Shown here: positions 15,232 to 28,088 of the stretch, in pieces | Position numbering within the stretch: the stretch's first letter is position 1 | Layout of the letters: each line of letters starts with the position of its first letter | NCBI RefSeq assembly: GCF_006345805.1 | Contig: NC_043004.1 | Coordinates: 38,998,001 to 39,062,000 of the forward strand | Direction: 5' to 3' | Source: Octopus sinensis | Lineage: Eukaryota | Length of the DNA stretch: 64,000 nucleotides | Program-made: the position numbers and the translations under genes | The notes under the pieces: generated by a model | What the model saw: only the letters and a program-made list of their open reading frames with translations | Told to the model about the DNA's origin: nothing | Databases searched by the model: none

Positions 15232-15621
15232 CGTGTGTGTGTGTGTGTATCCATACATATATACATTTGTGTATGTATATATATATATATACACACATTC
15301 ATACATATATATGCAGGCGTATATATGTATATATCAATATATATATATAGCAGTAGTATTAGTAGTATTAGTAGTAGTAGTAGTGGTAGTAGTGGTAGTA
15401 GTAGTAGTGGTAGTAGTAGTAGTAGTAGTAGTGGTGGTAGTAGTATATCTATACAAGCAATAGTGTATATATATATACCGATATGTATATAAATGAATGA
15501 ATAATATATATATATATTAACATATATGTATATATATATATATAGTGTGTATAATATATTATATTTGCGTGTGCTATTATTTATATATATATGTTGTATA
15601 ATAATATATTTGTGTCTATAT

Positions 15622-15669
<48 letters not shown>

Positions 15670-16039
15670 GAGAGAGAGAGAGATACAAAATATAATAATA
15701 TTATTATATATATATAGAGAGATATATATACAAATATAATATATTATATATAGAGATATATATATATATATACAAATATAAGATATTATATATAGAGAGC
15801 AGATATATATATATACAAATATAATATATTATATATATATAGAGATATATATATAACAATATAATATATTATATATAGAGAGAGAGAGATATATATACAA
15901 ATATAATATATTATATATATAGAGATATATATATATACAAATATAATATATAATATATTATATTTGTTTGTTTTGCAAAATAGTGGTTTTGTCTCTAATA
16001 ATATTTATTTATATATATATATATATACAAATATAATAT

Positions 16040-16125
<86 letters not shown>
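15190..16125. repeat. (TG)n, (AGT)n and degenerate (TA)n/minisatellite block
   Basis: Direct reading, with a recurring ATACAAATATAATATATTATATATAGAGA unit. Confidence 0.85.
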
Positions 16126-16730
16126 GTATGTATACAAGCATGGACACTAAGTTGTCACACTCCCTTCAATGAAACTGGGTGTAGCAAACGCAGACGTTTT
16201 CCTAGATATAATAAAACCTCTCCCGAAGTAATCTTTGATGTATCGATAAAGTAAGTATGCTCCCATACCGTTTAGACCAATATAGGCAACATACCCAAAA
16301 TTACGGATGGCCACAGCGGGAACGCCTTTGATCATGTCATCCTGATAGGGGCTAACTTTGATGTAAAGAACAACTGTAGAAATAGACGGGTTTCGGCTTG
16401 AATACATGCTATTATTCTGACGATGACTCTCCATGCGAATGCAAATAAATATGCACTTGCTGACATGCAAACAAACTAGCACGCATGCGCATACACACAA
16501 CCACACCCTCACCCACGCACGCACACACACACACACATACACATGTTATTGCATTCATTTTACATATTTGCTCATACAGATGGGCACGGATGTGTATGAG
16601 CGCAGACATATATTAAGCAGTGTCTGTGTGATTGTGGGCAACTATACGTACATGTATTGGTATGCATCTGTGTGCCTGCGTGTGTACATGTGTGACTGGG
16701 TAAATACAATCAAGTTTAAATATATACGTA

Positions 16731-17057
16731 CAGTAATCCCTAGACATATCGCGGTTCACCTATCACGGTTCAACTCTCGCCGTTTGTTATTAAAGCTTAC
16801 GTCGATTCCACTGTGGTGTTACTTTGCATTTACGATAAAATATTTCTCTTTTATTTTCTCTTTTACTCGTTTCAGTCATTTGACTGCGGCCATGCTGGAG
16901 CACCGCCTTTAGTCGAGCAATTCAACCCCAGGACTTATTCTTTGTAAGCCTAGTACTTATTCTATCGGTCTGTATGTACATATAAATTTAAAAGAATAAA
17001 ATACACAGTACAGTTTTTTCTACTTCGCGGAATTTTCACCTATCGCGGATTACTATG
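16731..17057. mobile_element. MITE (TA|CAGTAATCC...GGATTACT) with a nested SINE A 3' fragment (~16850-16970, minus)
   Basis: Short TIRs and repeated subterminal TATCGCGG/TTCACCTATC motifs at both ends. The internal TTTCAGTCATTTGACTGCGGCCATGCTGG is the SINE A tail. Confidence 0.6.
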
Positions 17058-17061
17058 TATA

Positions 17062-17240
17062 TTTCGTCTGACGTTACGTTCTGAGTTCAAATTCCGCCGA
17101 GGTCGACTTTGTCGTTCATCCTTTCGGCGTCGATATATAAAGTACCAGTTACGCACTTGGATCGATGTAATGGACTTAATCCCTTTGCCTATCTTTGTTT
17201 GTCCCCTCTAGGTTTAGCCCCTTGTGGGCAATAAAGAATT
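17062..17240 (+). mobile_element. SINE family B, 5'-truncated
   Basis: GTTCTGAGTTCAAATTCCGCCGAGGTCGACTTT...TGTCCCCTCTAGGTTTAGCCCCTTGTGGGCAATAAAGAA matches the copy at 44183-44410. Confidence 0.85.
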
Positions 17241-17534
17241 ATATATATATATACACACATACATACATACATCTATATGCATGCTAATGAAATACACATG
17301 TGTGTGAGTGTGTAAATGTGTCTGTAGAGGACGATGTGCGGATGTAAATATTTGTATACGATTGTGTACATTGACGTGTACATATCTGAATGTGCTTATG
17401 TGTGTATATAAATGCCACCATGATTGCATCCAATGGTATATAAAAGAGTGCATGTGTTTGTATTTGTGTGTGTTGTGTTTTGTAAATGCCTGTATAGAAT
17501 TCTTTCTAATATGTGAATGTGAATGTTTGTTGGT

Positions 17535-17565
<31 letters not shown>

Positions 17566-17796
17566 TTATGTATGTGAATATGTATGTATGTATTATGTGG
17601 GTGGGTGTGCGCTCTGTTCGCATGGGTGCGTTGTCTCTGCATATGCATGTGAATGTACATGTTCATGCAACCGTGTCATATATGTATGAAGTGGTCGTTT
17701 TTTATAGTTCTTGACGTCACGGATGGAAAATCAAAGATCGTGGCTACAACAATAAATCAAGAAAACAAATGAGAAAGCACCAAACAGTGAGACGAG

Positions 17797-17827
<31 letters not shown>

Positions 17828-17841
17828 AGCAGCAGTAGTAT

Positions 17842-17877
<36 letters not shown>

Positions 17878-18690
17878 CAGTAATATTAGTAGTAGTAGTA
17901 GTAGCAGCAGCAGCAGCAGCAGTAGTATTAGTAGTATTAGTAGTAGTAATAGTAACAGTAGTAGCAGTAGCAGCAGCAGTAGCAGTAGTATTAGTAGTAT
18001 TAGTATTAGTAGCAGTAGTAGTAGTAGTAGTAGTAGTAGCAGCAGCAGCAGTAGTATTAGTAGTATTAGTAGTAGTAATAGTAACAGTAGTAGCAGTAGC
18101 AGCAGCAGTAGCAGTAGTATTAGTAGTATTAGTATTAGTAGCAGTAGTAGCAGTAGTAGTAGCAGCAGCAGCAGTAGTATTAGTAGTATTAGTAGTAGTG
18201 ATAGTAGTAGTAGCAGGAGTAGTGTAGTAGTAGTAGTAGTAGTAGTAGTAGAAGTAGTAGTAGTAGTAGTAGTGGTAGTAGTAGTAGTGGCAGTAGTGGT
18301 AGTAGTGGTGGTAGTAGTTGTGGTAGTAGTGGTGGTAGTAGTAGTAGTGATAGCAGCAGCAGCAGTAGTAGTAGTGGTAGGCATTGTCGTCGTTGTTGTT
18401 TTCGTGCCTTTTGTTGTTGTTGTTGTTGCCGTTGCTGTTCATGTCGTTGCTGGGCGTCGTGGTAAAAATAGCCGACTGGGCGACATGGTAAAAGAAAGGA
18501 ATAAATGGATGGCCAGTACGCACGTAATACAAACAGATGGAGATGGGAGAAAGAAGATAAGAGATGGGCGGAAAAAAAGAAAACGAAAGAAAGAAAGAAA
18601 GAAAGAAAGAAAGAAAAAGAGGAAGAAGAAGAAGAAGAAGAAGAAGAAGAAGAAGACAAACAACAACTACAACAACAACAACGACAATGT
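17797..18690. repeat. Compound (CAT/CAG/TAG/GTT/GAA/CAA) trinucleotide array
   Basis: Direct reading. Confidence 0.9.
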
Positions 18691-18964
18691 GGATAATACG
18701 GTCATGGTGTGACGAAGAGGAGGGAAGAAAGACGCGGATTTAGCGATGTGGAGAAAGTGGAGGAGAGGAAGGAGCGGGTAAAGATTTGTAGGGACACCTT
18801 ACGATGACTGTACTGCATGCTTGTCTGGAAGAAACTTCAAAAAAAAATATATTAATGAAATGAGAGCGAGAGACACCGAGAGAGGAGAGTAAGGCGATCC
18901 AAAATGAACGTATGTAATATATACGTATGCAGAGAAATGGGATTGTGTGTGTGTGTGTTTATCC

Positions 18965-18997
<33 letters not shown>

Positions 18998-19547
18998 TTA
19001 TTTATCTAACTATCTGTATACATATGTAAGTATATATATATATATTATATATATATATACATATATATATTAGATGTCCTCTCACACCTATTACCTCTCT
19101 TCACTCAACCCACTTCTCTTTCTCTCTTTCTCTGACGCATATTTCCTCTCTTCTCTCCTACGCACCTTCCTCCCTCATTTGAATCCCTCCAGCCACAACC
19201 AACCCACACACCACACCTACACACCCGATCCTTACCCCCAGACATTCACTGCACACCCCCGCACCACCACACCACATCATACCACCCTACACCACTCCAC
19301 ACATACCAGCACTGACCACTTCGCAGCACCCACACCACACACCATCGTCCGCACACCGATACACCATCAACCGCACACCGATACACCATCAACCGCACAC
19401 CGTACAGACCATAGTCCACACACGCACATATTACAAACACGCACACACATGCACACATTCGCACACGCCAAAATCACTAGCCGCTATCCACACACATCAA
19501 AATCACTAGCCGCTATCTACACACACATACACACACACACACACACA

Positions 19548-19579
<32 letters not shown>

Positions 19580-20084
19580 ACACACACACACAAGCGTTTT
19601 CACATACACACATACGCAAGTGCACCAGCGATTTGGATCATCAATATTTTATTATTTCCTCTTCTTTCTACCTCTCCTGACAAACCCTTTTTTCCAACCG
19701 CTCGCCATTCTTGGCCATTAAATCCACAAGGTTTTTTGTTCTCACTCTGTTTATTTTCTCTTATACCATTCTGTTGAAGAGTGAAGGCCCGAAACATAAA
19801 ATACTTTCTCACTTACCCGAGTGTCAAATTAATACGCTTGCTTGTCGTTCATACACTTGTCTTTGTATTTTGCTTTTTCTATAAATTTCTGCTAGAGATA
19901 TATAGGATAGTGGAGATTTATTCGCATAGAAGACCTTTTATTAAAAAAGCTTTCTGCAGCATATAATACAATGACCAACACATGCTTCAATTGCAGCATC
20001 TACACATGCCTTCATATGCCATTCTGCATCCTAGTCGCTGCAATTTCATCAATGGTCCATCACGTTTTCATATATATATATAAA

Positions 20085-20410
20085 ACTTAGATATGTTTCG
20101 ACCAAAGATTGGCCCAGGCCATGTCTAACTTAATAGCACCACCTGATATGATTATCTAAATCCTGTATAAGTCAAGTCTTGCTTGTGGTCCATTCAAGTA
20201 GTGAGTTTTTGTTGGGTGAGTTGTATCCAATTATGGGTGGCTTATCTGATAGTCCTTGAAGAAATCTATCCAGCCTCCGTTTAAAGTTGATGGGATCCTT
20301 TTCCTCTTTGATCTCTTTCGGGACAATGTTAAATAGGGCAGGGCCTGTTGAGGAAAAGACATTATGTTGCAGTGTACATATATGCTGTGATCTTGAATTG
20401 GGCAGGGGAC
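20085..20410 (-). mobile_element. 3' fragment of a CR1/L2-group LINE
   Basis: Minus strand encodes FSSTGPALFNIVPKEIK...FKRRLDRFL...NSLLEW. A 38-bp 3' motif is identical to that of the element at 28262-29952. Confidence 0.8.
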
Positions 20411-20649
20411 GTATATATATACGTAAGTACGTATATGTGTATGTTTCTTTGTGTGTGTGTGTGTATGAATGAGTGTGTGTGTGTGTGTGTGTGTGAATGA
20501 GTGTGTGTGTGTGAGCGTGTGTGTGTGTGTGTGTGTGTGTGTGCGTAATTATAAGGTCCAAATATGTAAGTGTAGGAAGTTTCTAAGCTACGAGCAGGCG
20601 TGATAGGTATAAAAATAACATGGTTTCTTACAAATGTAATTAAAACACA

Positions 20650-20793
20650 CAAAAATCAGCATTCCTTGGATTCGCAAGAATTCTGCGTAGCGTTCTTCGA
20701 GCATTAGCAGTAAACAAGTGTCACTTTAGTCTACTGGCTGTGCACAGCTGACATTTTCCACCATACCCTGCAAAATAGGCTCAGCTTTCGTCA

Positions 20794-20838
<45 letters not shown>

Positions 20839-20855
20839 TAATAATAATAATAATA
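20650..20855 (+). mobile_element. 3' end of an R4/Dong-type (RLE) LINE with (AAT)n tail
   Basis: QKSAFLGFARILRSVL corresponds to the QKxxLLGTARILR C-terminus. The 3' UTR is homologous to 47945-48030 in reverse complement. Confidence 0.7.
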
Positions 20856-21410
20856 AATGCCCTGATGCAGTACCAGGCAGTGGCTCTCATGGCTTCTGAT
20901 CTTAACTGATTGGAAGTGTTATCATGTACATGTTTTGTCTTGGTATAAAAGATGGGCTACAGCAAATATTCTGCTCAATACCACAGATTTGCTTGTCAGT
21001 TGTTTGACCTTAACCAGTGAGCATGCCCCTTAGTGGCTGACGATATGTGCATCTCTGATCACGAGCAGAAGTAGTGGGGGAGCATCATAGCCATGTGTTG
21101 AGAGGATTCTTTGGGGTTTGAATAATTCACCTCTGGAAACATGGGTGTTTCGTTCAACGTCCTTAAACAACCCTTATTCAGAGACCTTTTGAGCGGGATG
21201 GGTTACTCGATCTGAAGAAAATTCTAACTGGGCCCCACCTGCAAGGTCATGTGCTGTTTATCTTGATATGAGATCACCATGTCGCGCACATATGGTTGTG
21301 ATGCATGTGCCTGGTGTACCCTTATCAGACGGGTAGTCATGATGGGTATATTGGGCTTCGTATATTTTACCCCAGTGTCACTTTGATGGCATGCACTGCT
21401 CTCTCACTCA
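20856..21410 (+). mobile_element. ~560 bp non-coding interspersed repeat embedded in (AAT)n
   Basis: Other copies at 38247-38566 (+, partial) and 47292-47930 (-). Ends ...GCTCTCTCACTC(AAT)n. Confidence 0.8.
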
Positions 21411-21610
21411 ATAATAATAATAATAATACATTATGATAATAATACATTGATATACACTTTCCCATATTAACACTAATTAGTTTCGAAGATAAGTGCTCAA
21501 TGTTTTTGACGAACCTACAAGATCGTTAAAATTAGATATAGTTTTCCTTTAAATTTTTTTCAGAAACTATTTAGGTACCAAGACCCACATACTATTATTA
21601 TTTATACTAT

Positions 21611-22025
21611 ACTCTCTTTACTCTTTACTCTTTTACTTGTTTCAGTCATTTGACTGCGGCCATGCTGGACCACCGCCTTTAGTCGAGCAAATCGACCCCG
21701 GGACTTATTCTTTTGTAAGCCCAGTACTTATTCTATCGGTCTCTTTTGCCGAACCGCTAATGGACGGGGACGTAAACACACCAGCATCGGTTGTCAAGCA
21801 ATGCTAGGGGGACAAACACAGACACACAAACACACATACATATACATATATATATACATATATACGACAGGCTTCTTTCAGTTTCCGTCTACCAAATCCA
21901 CTCACAAGGCATTGGTCGGCCCGGGGCTATAGCAGAAGACACTTGCCCAAGGTGCCACGCAGGGGACTGAACCCGGAACCATGTGGTTGGTTAGCAAGCT
22001 ACTTACCACACAGCCACTCCTGCCT
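21611..22025 (-). mobile_element. SINE family A, well preserved
   Basis: Full head, body and tail. The tail is the reverse complement of the tail of the 56223-56624 copy (ACAAGTAAAAGAGTAAAGAGTAAAGAGAGT). Confidence 0.9.
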
Positions 22026-22283
22026 ATGTTCCCATAATTTCTACGTGTCCTCCGGTAAAGACGATAATTTCTTGCGATGAAAATTACGAAGATAAATCTT
22101 ATATTTGCACTTATCAGAATTTAAAAAAACTACATATAAGTTTTGTCAGTTTCTTATTCTTGCAGTGAGGTCACTATTGGCGGCAAGTTCAACTTCACTG
22201 CATGGCTTTGATCAGTTAAAGCTGCATCTCTTGCAGAGTATACATGAATTTCTATATGTATGTTTGTATATACGTACCTATGT

Positions 22284-22754
22284 GTGGAGGCGCAATGGCC
22301 CAGTGGTTAGGTCAGCGGACTCGCGGTCGTAGGATCGCGGTTTCGATTCTCAGACCGGACATTGTTAGTGTTTATTGAGCGAAAACACCTAAAGCTCCGG
22401 CAGGAGGTTGTGGTGAACCCTGCTGTGCTCTTTCATCACAACTTTCTCTCACTCTTTCTTCCTGTTTCTGTTGTAAGTGCCAGCCTTGTCACACTCTGTG
22501 TCACGCTGAATCTCCCCGAGAACTACGCTAAGGGTACACGTGTCTGTGGAGTGCTCTGCCACTTGCACTTTAATAAATGAGCTGCGACGTCACTGGTACC
22601 AATCTGTATCGGCCTTTGCCTTTCCCTTGGATAACATCGGTGGCGTGGCGACTGCTGGTCATCCATAAACAACCTTGCCCAGACTTGTACCTCGGAGGGT
22701 AACTTTCTAGGTGCAATTCCATGGTCATTCGTGACCGAAGGAGGTCACAAAAAT
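22284..22754 (+). mobile_element. tRNA-derived SINE family C
   Basis: A box TGGCCCAGTGG and B-box-like GGTTTCGATTC. Candidate 10-bp TSD GTACCTATGT at 22274-22283 and 22755-22764. Confidence 0.75.
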
Positions 22755-22952
22755 GTACCTATGTATTTATGTATGTATACATGTATGTATGTACTTAGAA
22801 GATGCTATACTGTTATATACCTATATTACATATTCATTACTGAAACGCATGGTTATAATCGTGACGATTCGAATTGCAGTGACACGAACTGTATGGTGAA
22901 ATATTCCTATGTTACTATTCGAAATATACAATCAAATTTAAGTAAAGCGTAA

Positions 22953-23339
22953 TCTCTCTCTATATAAACGGCAGTTTGTCTGTGCGTGTTTCTGTGTGTC
23001 TGTTTGGTTGTACCCTCACTCTGACCACGGCTTTCAACCGATTCTGATGAAACTTGACACACACATAGCCCAATGTCATAATTCAAAACTAACTCAGCGA
23101 AAATTTTGAAAAGTTCCCCCAGTTCTGAAAAAAATCGATAAATTCGACATGGGGTCGACAATCAGAAACACAAACCACAGATGGTCTAGGGGACGCAACT
23201 CGACCTTTTTAACTATCGAAAAAAAAATTTACCATCATTTTTTTCCCCATTTTTTTGCTATTTTTTGGCTATAACTCTCTAAAAATGCTTTATAGTTATT
23301 TCCCTTACAAACCCGAGCAACGCCGGGCGATACTGCTAG
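22953..23339 (+). mobile_element. Non-autonomous Helitron, copy 2
   Basis: A|TC...CTAG|T termini and subterminal hairpin CCCGAGCAACGCCGGG. Near-identical to 463-845. Confidence 0.9.
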
Positions 23340-24112
23340 TTTTTATATAAAGAAATATGTTTTGTTAACATGACTCTACGATATAATAGTTAATGAAACA
23401 TATCCGGATGATATTCGACCCTTCCTTAATCTTGCACTTACACTTACTACTCATATCAGCCAGTCCTCCCTCAATTCACATAATTTTGCTTTAGAAAAGA
23501 AATGACACAATCTTTTACTATAGAAATTTATACCCAGACTCTGTATTTATAATTAATGACATGGAACTCTTTTTAGCATATGTTTCTTTGGCCATGATTA
23601 ATCTTGGCTTCATCTAATTCTATAACAACCATTTCTACATAATTTACAGAAATCTAATCGATAATATGCGTTCGATTAATACAGTGAAGACGTAGCTTTT
23701 TAAATATTTACCACTTCTGCCATTTCACCGCATTCTACAATAAGAGTAGTAAGGGTACATAATGCTGGTACTAGAGAAAGACTTTGATGCGAAGGAATAC
23801 GACTGATTAAAGTTTCAACGATACATTCCCAGAGACGTTTATCGTTAAATACATGTTAAGGCATAACAGGATTGGCAGCGTCTTTCATCTTTTCTGAATG
23901 GAATCAGGAAGTGACATAATGCAGGCATCTTCTGTATAGGAAATGAGTTATCTATATGACTACTGTATGGAATTATCAGTTATAAAATGCATTTTAATTA
24001 TTGAATCAATTGCATTTATATATAAGAGGCGGTAGACATAAGAGATGAATAGCAAATATTAAAATAGATTGATATACAATCAGACAGACGGACAGACACA
24101 CATACAGACTGG

Positions 24113-24168
<56 letters not shown>

Positions 24169-24229
24169 GAGAAAGAGATAAGTATGTGCATGCATATAGG
24201 TATGTATGCATGCATGTATGCATGGATGG

Positions 24230-25072
24230 ATGGGCAGATTAAATTTGACGGTTTGCATAAAAAGGAAAAGAAAACACAATATCCCACCCCAAAAATAAAA
24301 GTATTTTTGTCAAGGAATCAAAGAATATGAACCTTGAAATGTGAACACAGCTTCAAGACAACTTCCGGTGCTGGTGTATGCTTTCGGCACTATGTCCGTA
24401 GGAACGTCTCACTTCTTTCTCCTTGATCACACGCCAACAGGTCGGATTTGTGTCGCAGGTAGACAAGTGGTATTTATTGTCAAGCGAATCCCATAAAGCA
24501 ATCCATCCAGTGGATTACAATAGAGGGAAGTATGAGGCCAGGATGAAGTCATATGAATTCTCCCACAACCACTTCTGACTCTATCTGACGAATCCTGCTG
24601 CCACACGTATGACCTTCCAGCAGTAACCTTTTCCAGCTACTGTTTGTCTACAGTCTCAAGCAGCTTCGCATATCCATCTGAATTGAGCCTCATGTCCTGT
24701 TAAAGAATGTGCGGTGGCATGGCGTCATCCTTACAGCAGACACGCACCATGAACATTGTAGGCAAGATGAACTTGGTCTTCATGATACGCATGACATTTC
24801 CGTGAACCTTGATCGCCTTCTCAGAGTATTGAGTAGCAGCCATGATGTCGGCATATCGTTACCTGGTAAGAATGATCATAATATAGGTAGCTCTTTTACA
24901 ATATTCAGATGTCTTCCAACCACCTTCCGTGTCAGCTAACTTTTTATCAATTACATCTTTAACCATAATACTGTCCGACTCCGTTGCCTGTTCGCTAGTA
25001 TGCCGAACTGTTCCTAAAGATAAAATGAAAAACAGGCATGAAAGCACCTTCAACTTTCGCCCGAACACTCTG
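24230..25072 (-). mobile_element. Degenerate Tc1/mariner-superfamily transposon (same family as 13071-13881)
   Basis: Minus strand encodes MPPHI..., LNSDGYAKLLETV, AGRSYVWQQDS, SQKWLWEN and CNPLD. TIR remnant CAGAGTGTTCGGGCGAAAGTTGA. Confidence 0.75.
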
Positions 25073-25154
<82 letters not shown>

Positions 25155-25449
25155 GTGTGTGTGTGTGTGGGTGTGTGTGTGTGTATTTTCACCCAAGAGG
25201 TATAGAAAACATATGGACTCTTTCATCTCGGTGCCCGAAGACAACATGAAGAAAGCGGTATGAACATTGATAAAAAAAAACATGTCTGAAAGAACAGTAG
25301 TGAGCGTCAGCCTATTTCTGTTATTTATATTACAACACACCCGGAACTTCCCCTTTTGTATCATGATCCTAAAGTGGACCGTGGACTGCTTGCCGAATTT
25401 CTGGGATTTTACTTTTCGTTAAGTTTATAATGAGCAATAGTTATATAAA

Positions 25450-25496
<47 letters not shown>

Positions 25497-25584
25497 TAAT
25501 AATAATAATAATAATAATTATAATATAATAATAATAATAATAACAATAATATTGAAATTGAGAAATAATAATAATAATAATATT

Positions 25585-25800
25585 ATTATTGAAATTGAGA
25601 AAATGTGGCATCTCAAGGCGGTTACAATACCAGTGATCGTAGGAGCACTAGGAATGATCAAGAAGGGAACCGAAAATTATATGAGAATGATCCCTGGCTT
25701 ACCATCCCTGCAAGAAGTGCAAAATATTGTCAATGACTGGTACATCACACGTATTGAGAAGAGCATTGTCGATGTTGAGAACTGTTGCTGCTCATGTATT
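25585..25800 (+). mobile_element. R4/Dong RLE-domain C-terminal fragment within (AAT)n
   Basis: IEIEKMWHLKAVTIPVIVGALGMIKK...SLQEVQ, flanked by (AAT)n arrays. Confidence 0.8.
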
Positions 25801-26015
25801 TTAATTTAACTTAAAAAAAAAAAATTTTTTTTAAATGAACGAACTATTGAGTTGGTTAATGGTACAAGGTATAATGAGTTTCTTTGCCCTAGGAGTCGGG
25901 AAGACACTCGGTAAGAAATGGAAGCAATTTGAAAGAAGAAAAAAAAGTAATAATAATAATAATAATAATAATAATAGTAATAATAATAATAATGATAATA
26001 ATGATAATAATAATG

Positions 26016-26072
<57 letters not shown>

Positions 26073-26472
26073 GAAATAAAAATAATATAAATTATATACA
26101 TATATGTATATGCATACATATATGTACATACATACATATATATATGTATATAGATACGCATATATGGGTACAGGACGTCACAAAACGTAGACAACGGAAA
26201 ATACGAAAATAAAGTTGAGTACGCGAACAACTAGAGAAACAAATGGAAAAGAAGATAAGTAACATAAAAAACGACCCTTCATCAGTTGTCGGCTGTCCTT
26301 CTCCTCCTTATTTCGGGTATTGACGATAATATAAGACTTTGAAGGTAGTTGCTCCCTTGAGCCAAAATAAAATTTGGGATTTGCGGAGGGTGAAACTTGA
26401 TAACAAAAACAGGACAGTGGAGCCATGCAAGGAAACCAAAGGAAAACAAATTTGGAGGGTCTGTATATTCTT

Positions 26473-26544
<72 letters not shown>

Positions 26545-26593
26545 GTTGTTGTTATTATTATTAATATTTAAAGGTCACAATATATCTATTAAA

Positions 26594-26648
26594 GTGCTAC
26601 TAATAGTTTCATATGTTGAGAGAGCTCAAACGTATTCTTCAGGTCCAA
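26594..26648 (-). ncRNA. Degenerate hammerhead ribozyme motif
   Basis: CUGAAGA-AUACGUUUGAG(cucu)CUCAACAUAU-GAAA-CUAUUA-GUA. Stems II and III form, stem I is largely broken. Confidence 0.5.
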
Positions 26649-27060
26649 ACCACATATCATAGAGAACTAAAAAAAAAAATGAACAAATTGAAGAAACGTG
26701 ATGAAGCTGAAAATGCAGCATATAGAATACGCCGACAGAAAACGAAAAACGGAAAACGAATCTGAAGTGCCAGAAGGTAAAAGTGCTATCCTCCTTAGGC
26801 ATTAAATGATAAGGCTGGGAAAATATCAAGTCAGTCAGCAAGAGGCGGAATTTTCCAATTCTTCAGAATATATTTATTTATACGTATACATGCAATCACT
26901 GGAAATTTCTGACCTACAGTCCAATAGAAAGTTAAGGATTTTGGACCTGAACAGGATCTGTGCTCTTTCAGCCAAACATTTATTCCGTCCATTCACATAA
27001 GGTATGCATTTCTCAATTACTTTCCATTTAATCACCTGCGTTGTTTCGTTATCTTTCAAT
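26594..27060 (-). mobile_element. Penelope-like element 3' relic (GIY-YIG C-terminus plus hammerhead motif)
   Basis: LKDNETTQVIKWKVIEKCIPYVNGRNKCLAE...LLDCRSEISSDC resembles the PLE endonuclease C-terminus (LKD..IKW.I....PY.NG...CL.EK...LLNKRSE..SKC). A hammerhead core lies downstream. Confidence 0.7.
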
Positions 27061-27539
27061 AATTTAGTAGCTTTACTTTTGTCCCTATGTTGGTAGGTGG
27101 CTTTTAATCCCTAACTTTGTATTGAACTCCAGGTCAGAAATTTAGAGTAATTGTTTTTATTGAATTTTCTATCATGGATCACGCTTACCACACGTGATGG
27201 TATTTTAATAATACCATACCTTCTTATATTTAAATATGTGTGTGTATAGATATACATATATATACATACATATACATACGTAAATATATGTACACACGTA
27301 AATACATATCTGCCAATGTGGGAGGATAGACAAGAAGGTATTAGTTACATATACTTATGTTTACATACATAGACACACATACGTGCGGCTACCTACAGCC
27401 ACACTTTAATGTACTATAAACAACAGGGAGTAAGAATCTCTTCTAATGTTGCTTATATGTGACTTTTCAATTACCGGTGTAGATGTGTTTAATAATTGAC
27501 ATGCACGTATCAGTCTTCAGTATAAAGCAAAGTTGATTC

Positions 27540-27873
27540 TTATACGTAGATATATACATAGATACGTACATATATACATACATATGCATATACGTATACA
27601 TATACATATATATATTATATATGTATAATATACATATATATATAATATATATATATATACATATATATATACATATATATATGGTATATATATATATATC
27701 TACATATATATATACATTATATATATGTATATATATATAACATATATATATATATACATATATACATATATATATAACAGATATATAATATATATAATAT
27801 ATAATATATATATACTATATATATATATATATATAACTATATATATATACATATATATATACACCTATATATA

Positions 27874-27920
<47 letters not shown>

Positions 27921-27968
27921 TAATTATATATATAATATACATATATATATATATGATAATATATATAT

Positions 27969-28007
<39 letters not shown>

Positions 28008-28018
28008 TATATATATAG

Positions 28019-28088
<70 letters not shown>

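Noticed and set aside
19765-19800. TGAAGA...CCGAAAC hammerhead-like motif
   Set aside because: The core is incomplete and the stems are not convincing.
26270-26325. GAAA...CUGAUGA on the minus strand suggesting a type II hammerhead
   Set aside because: Only stem II can be drawn. There is no stem I, stem III or cleavage triplet.
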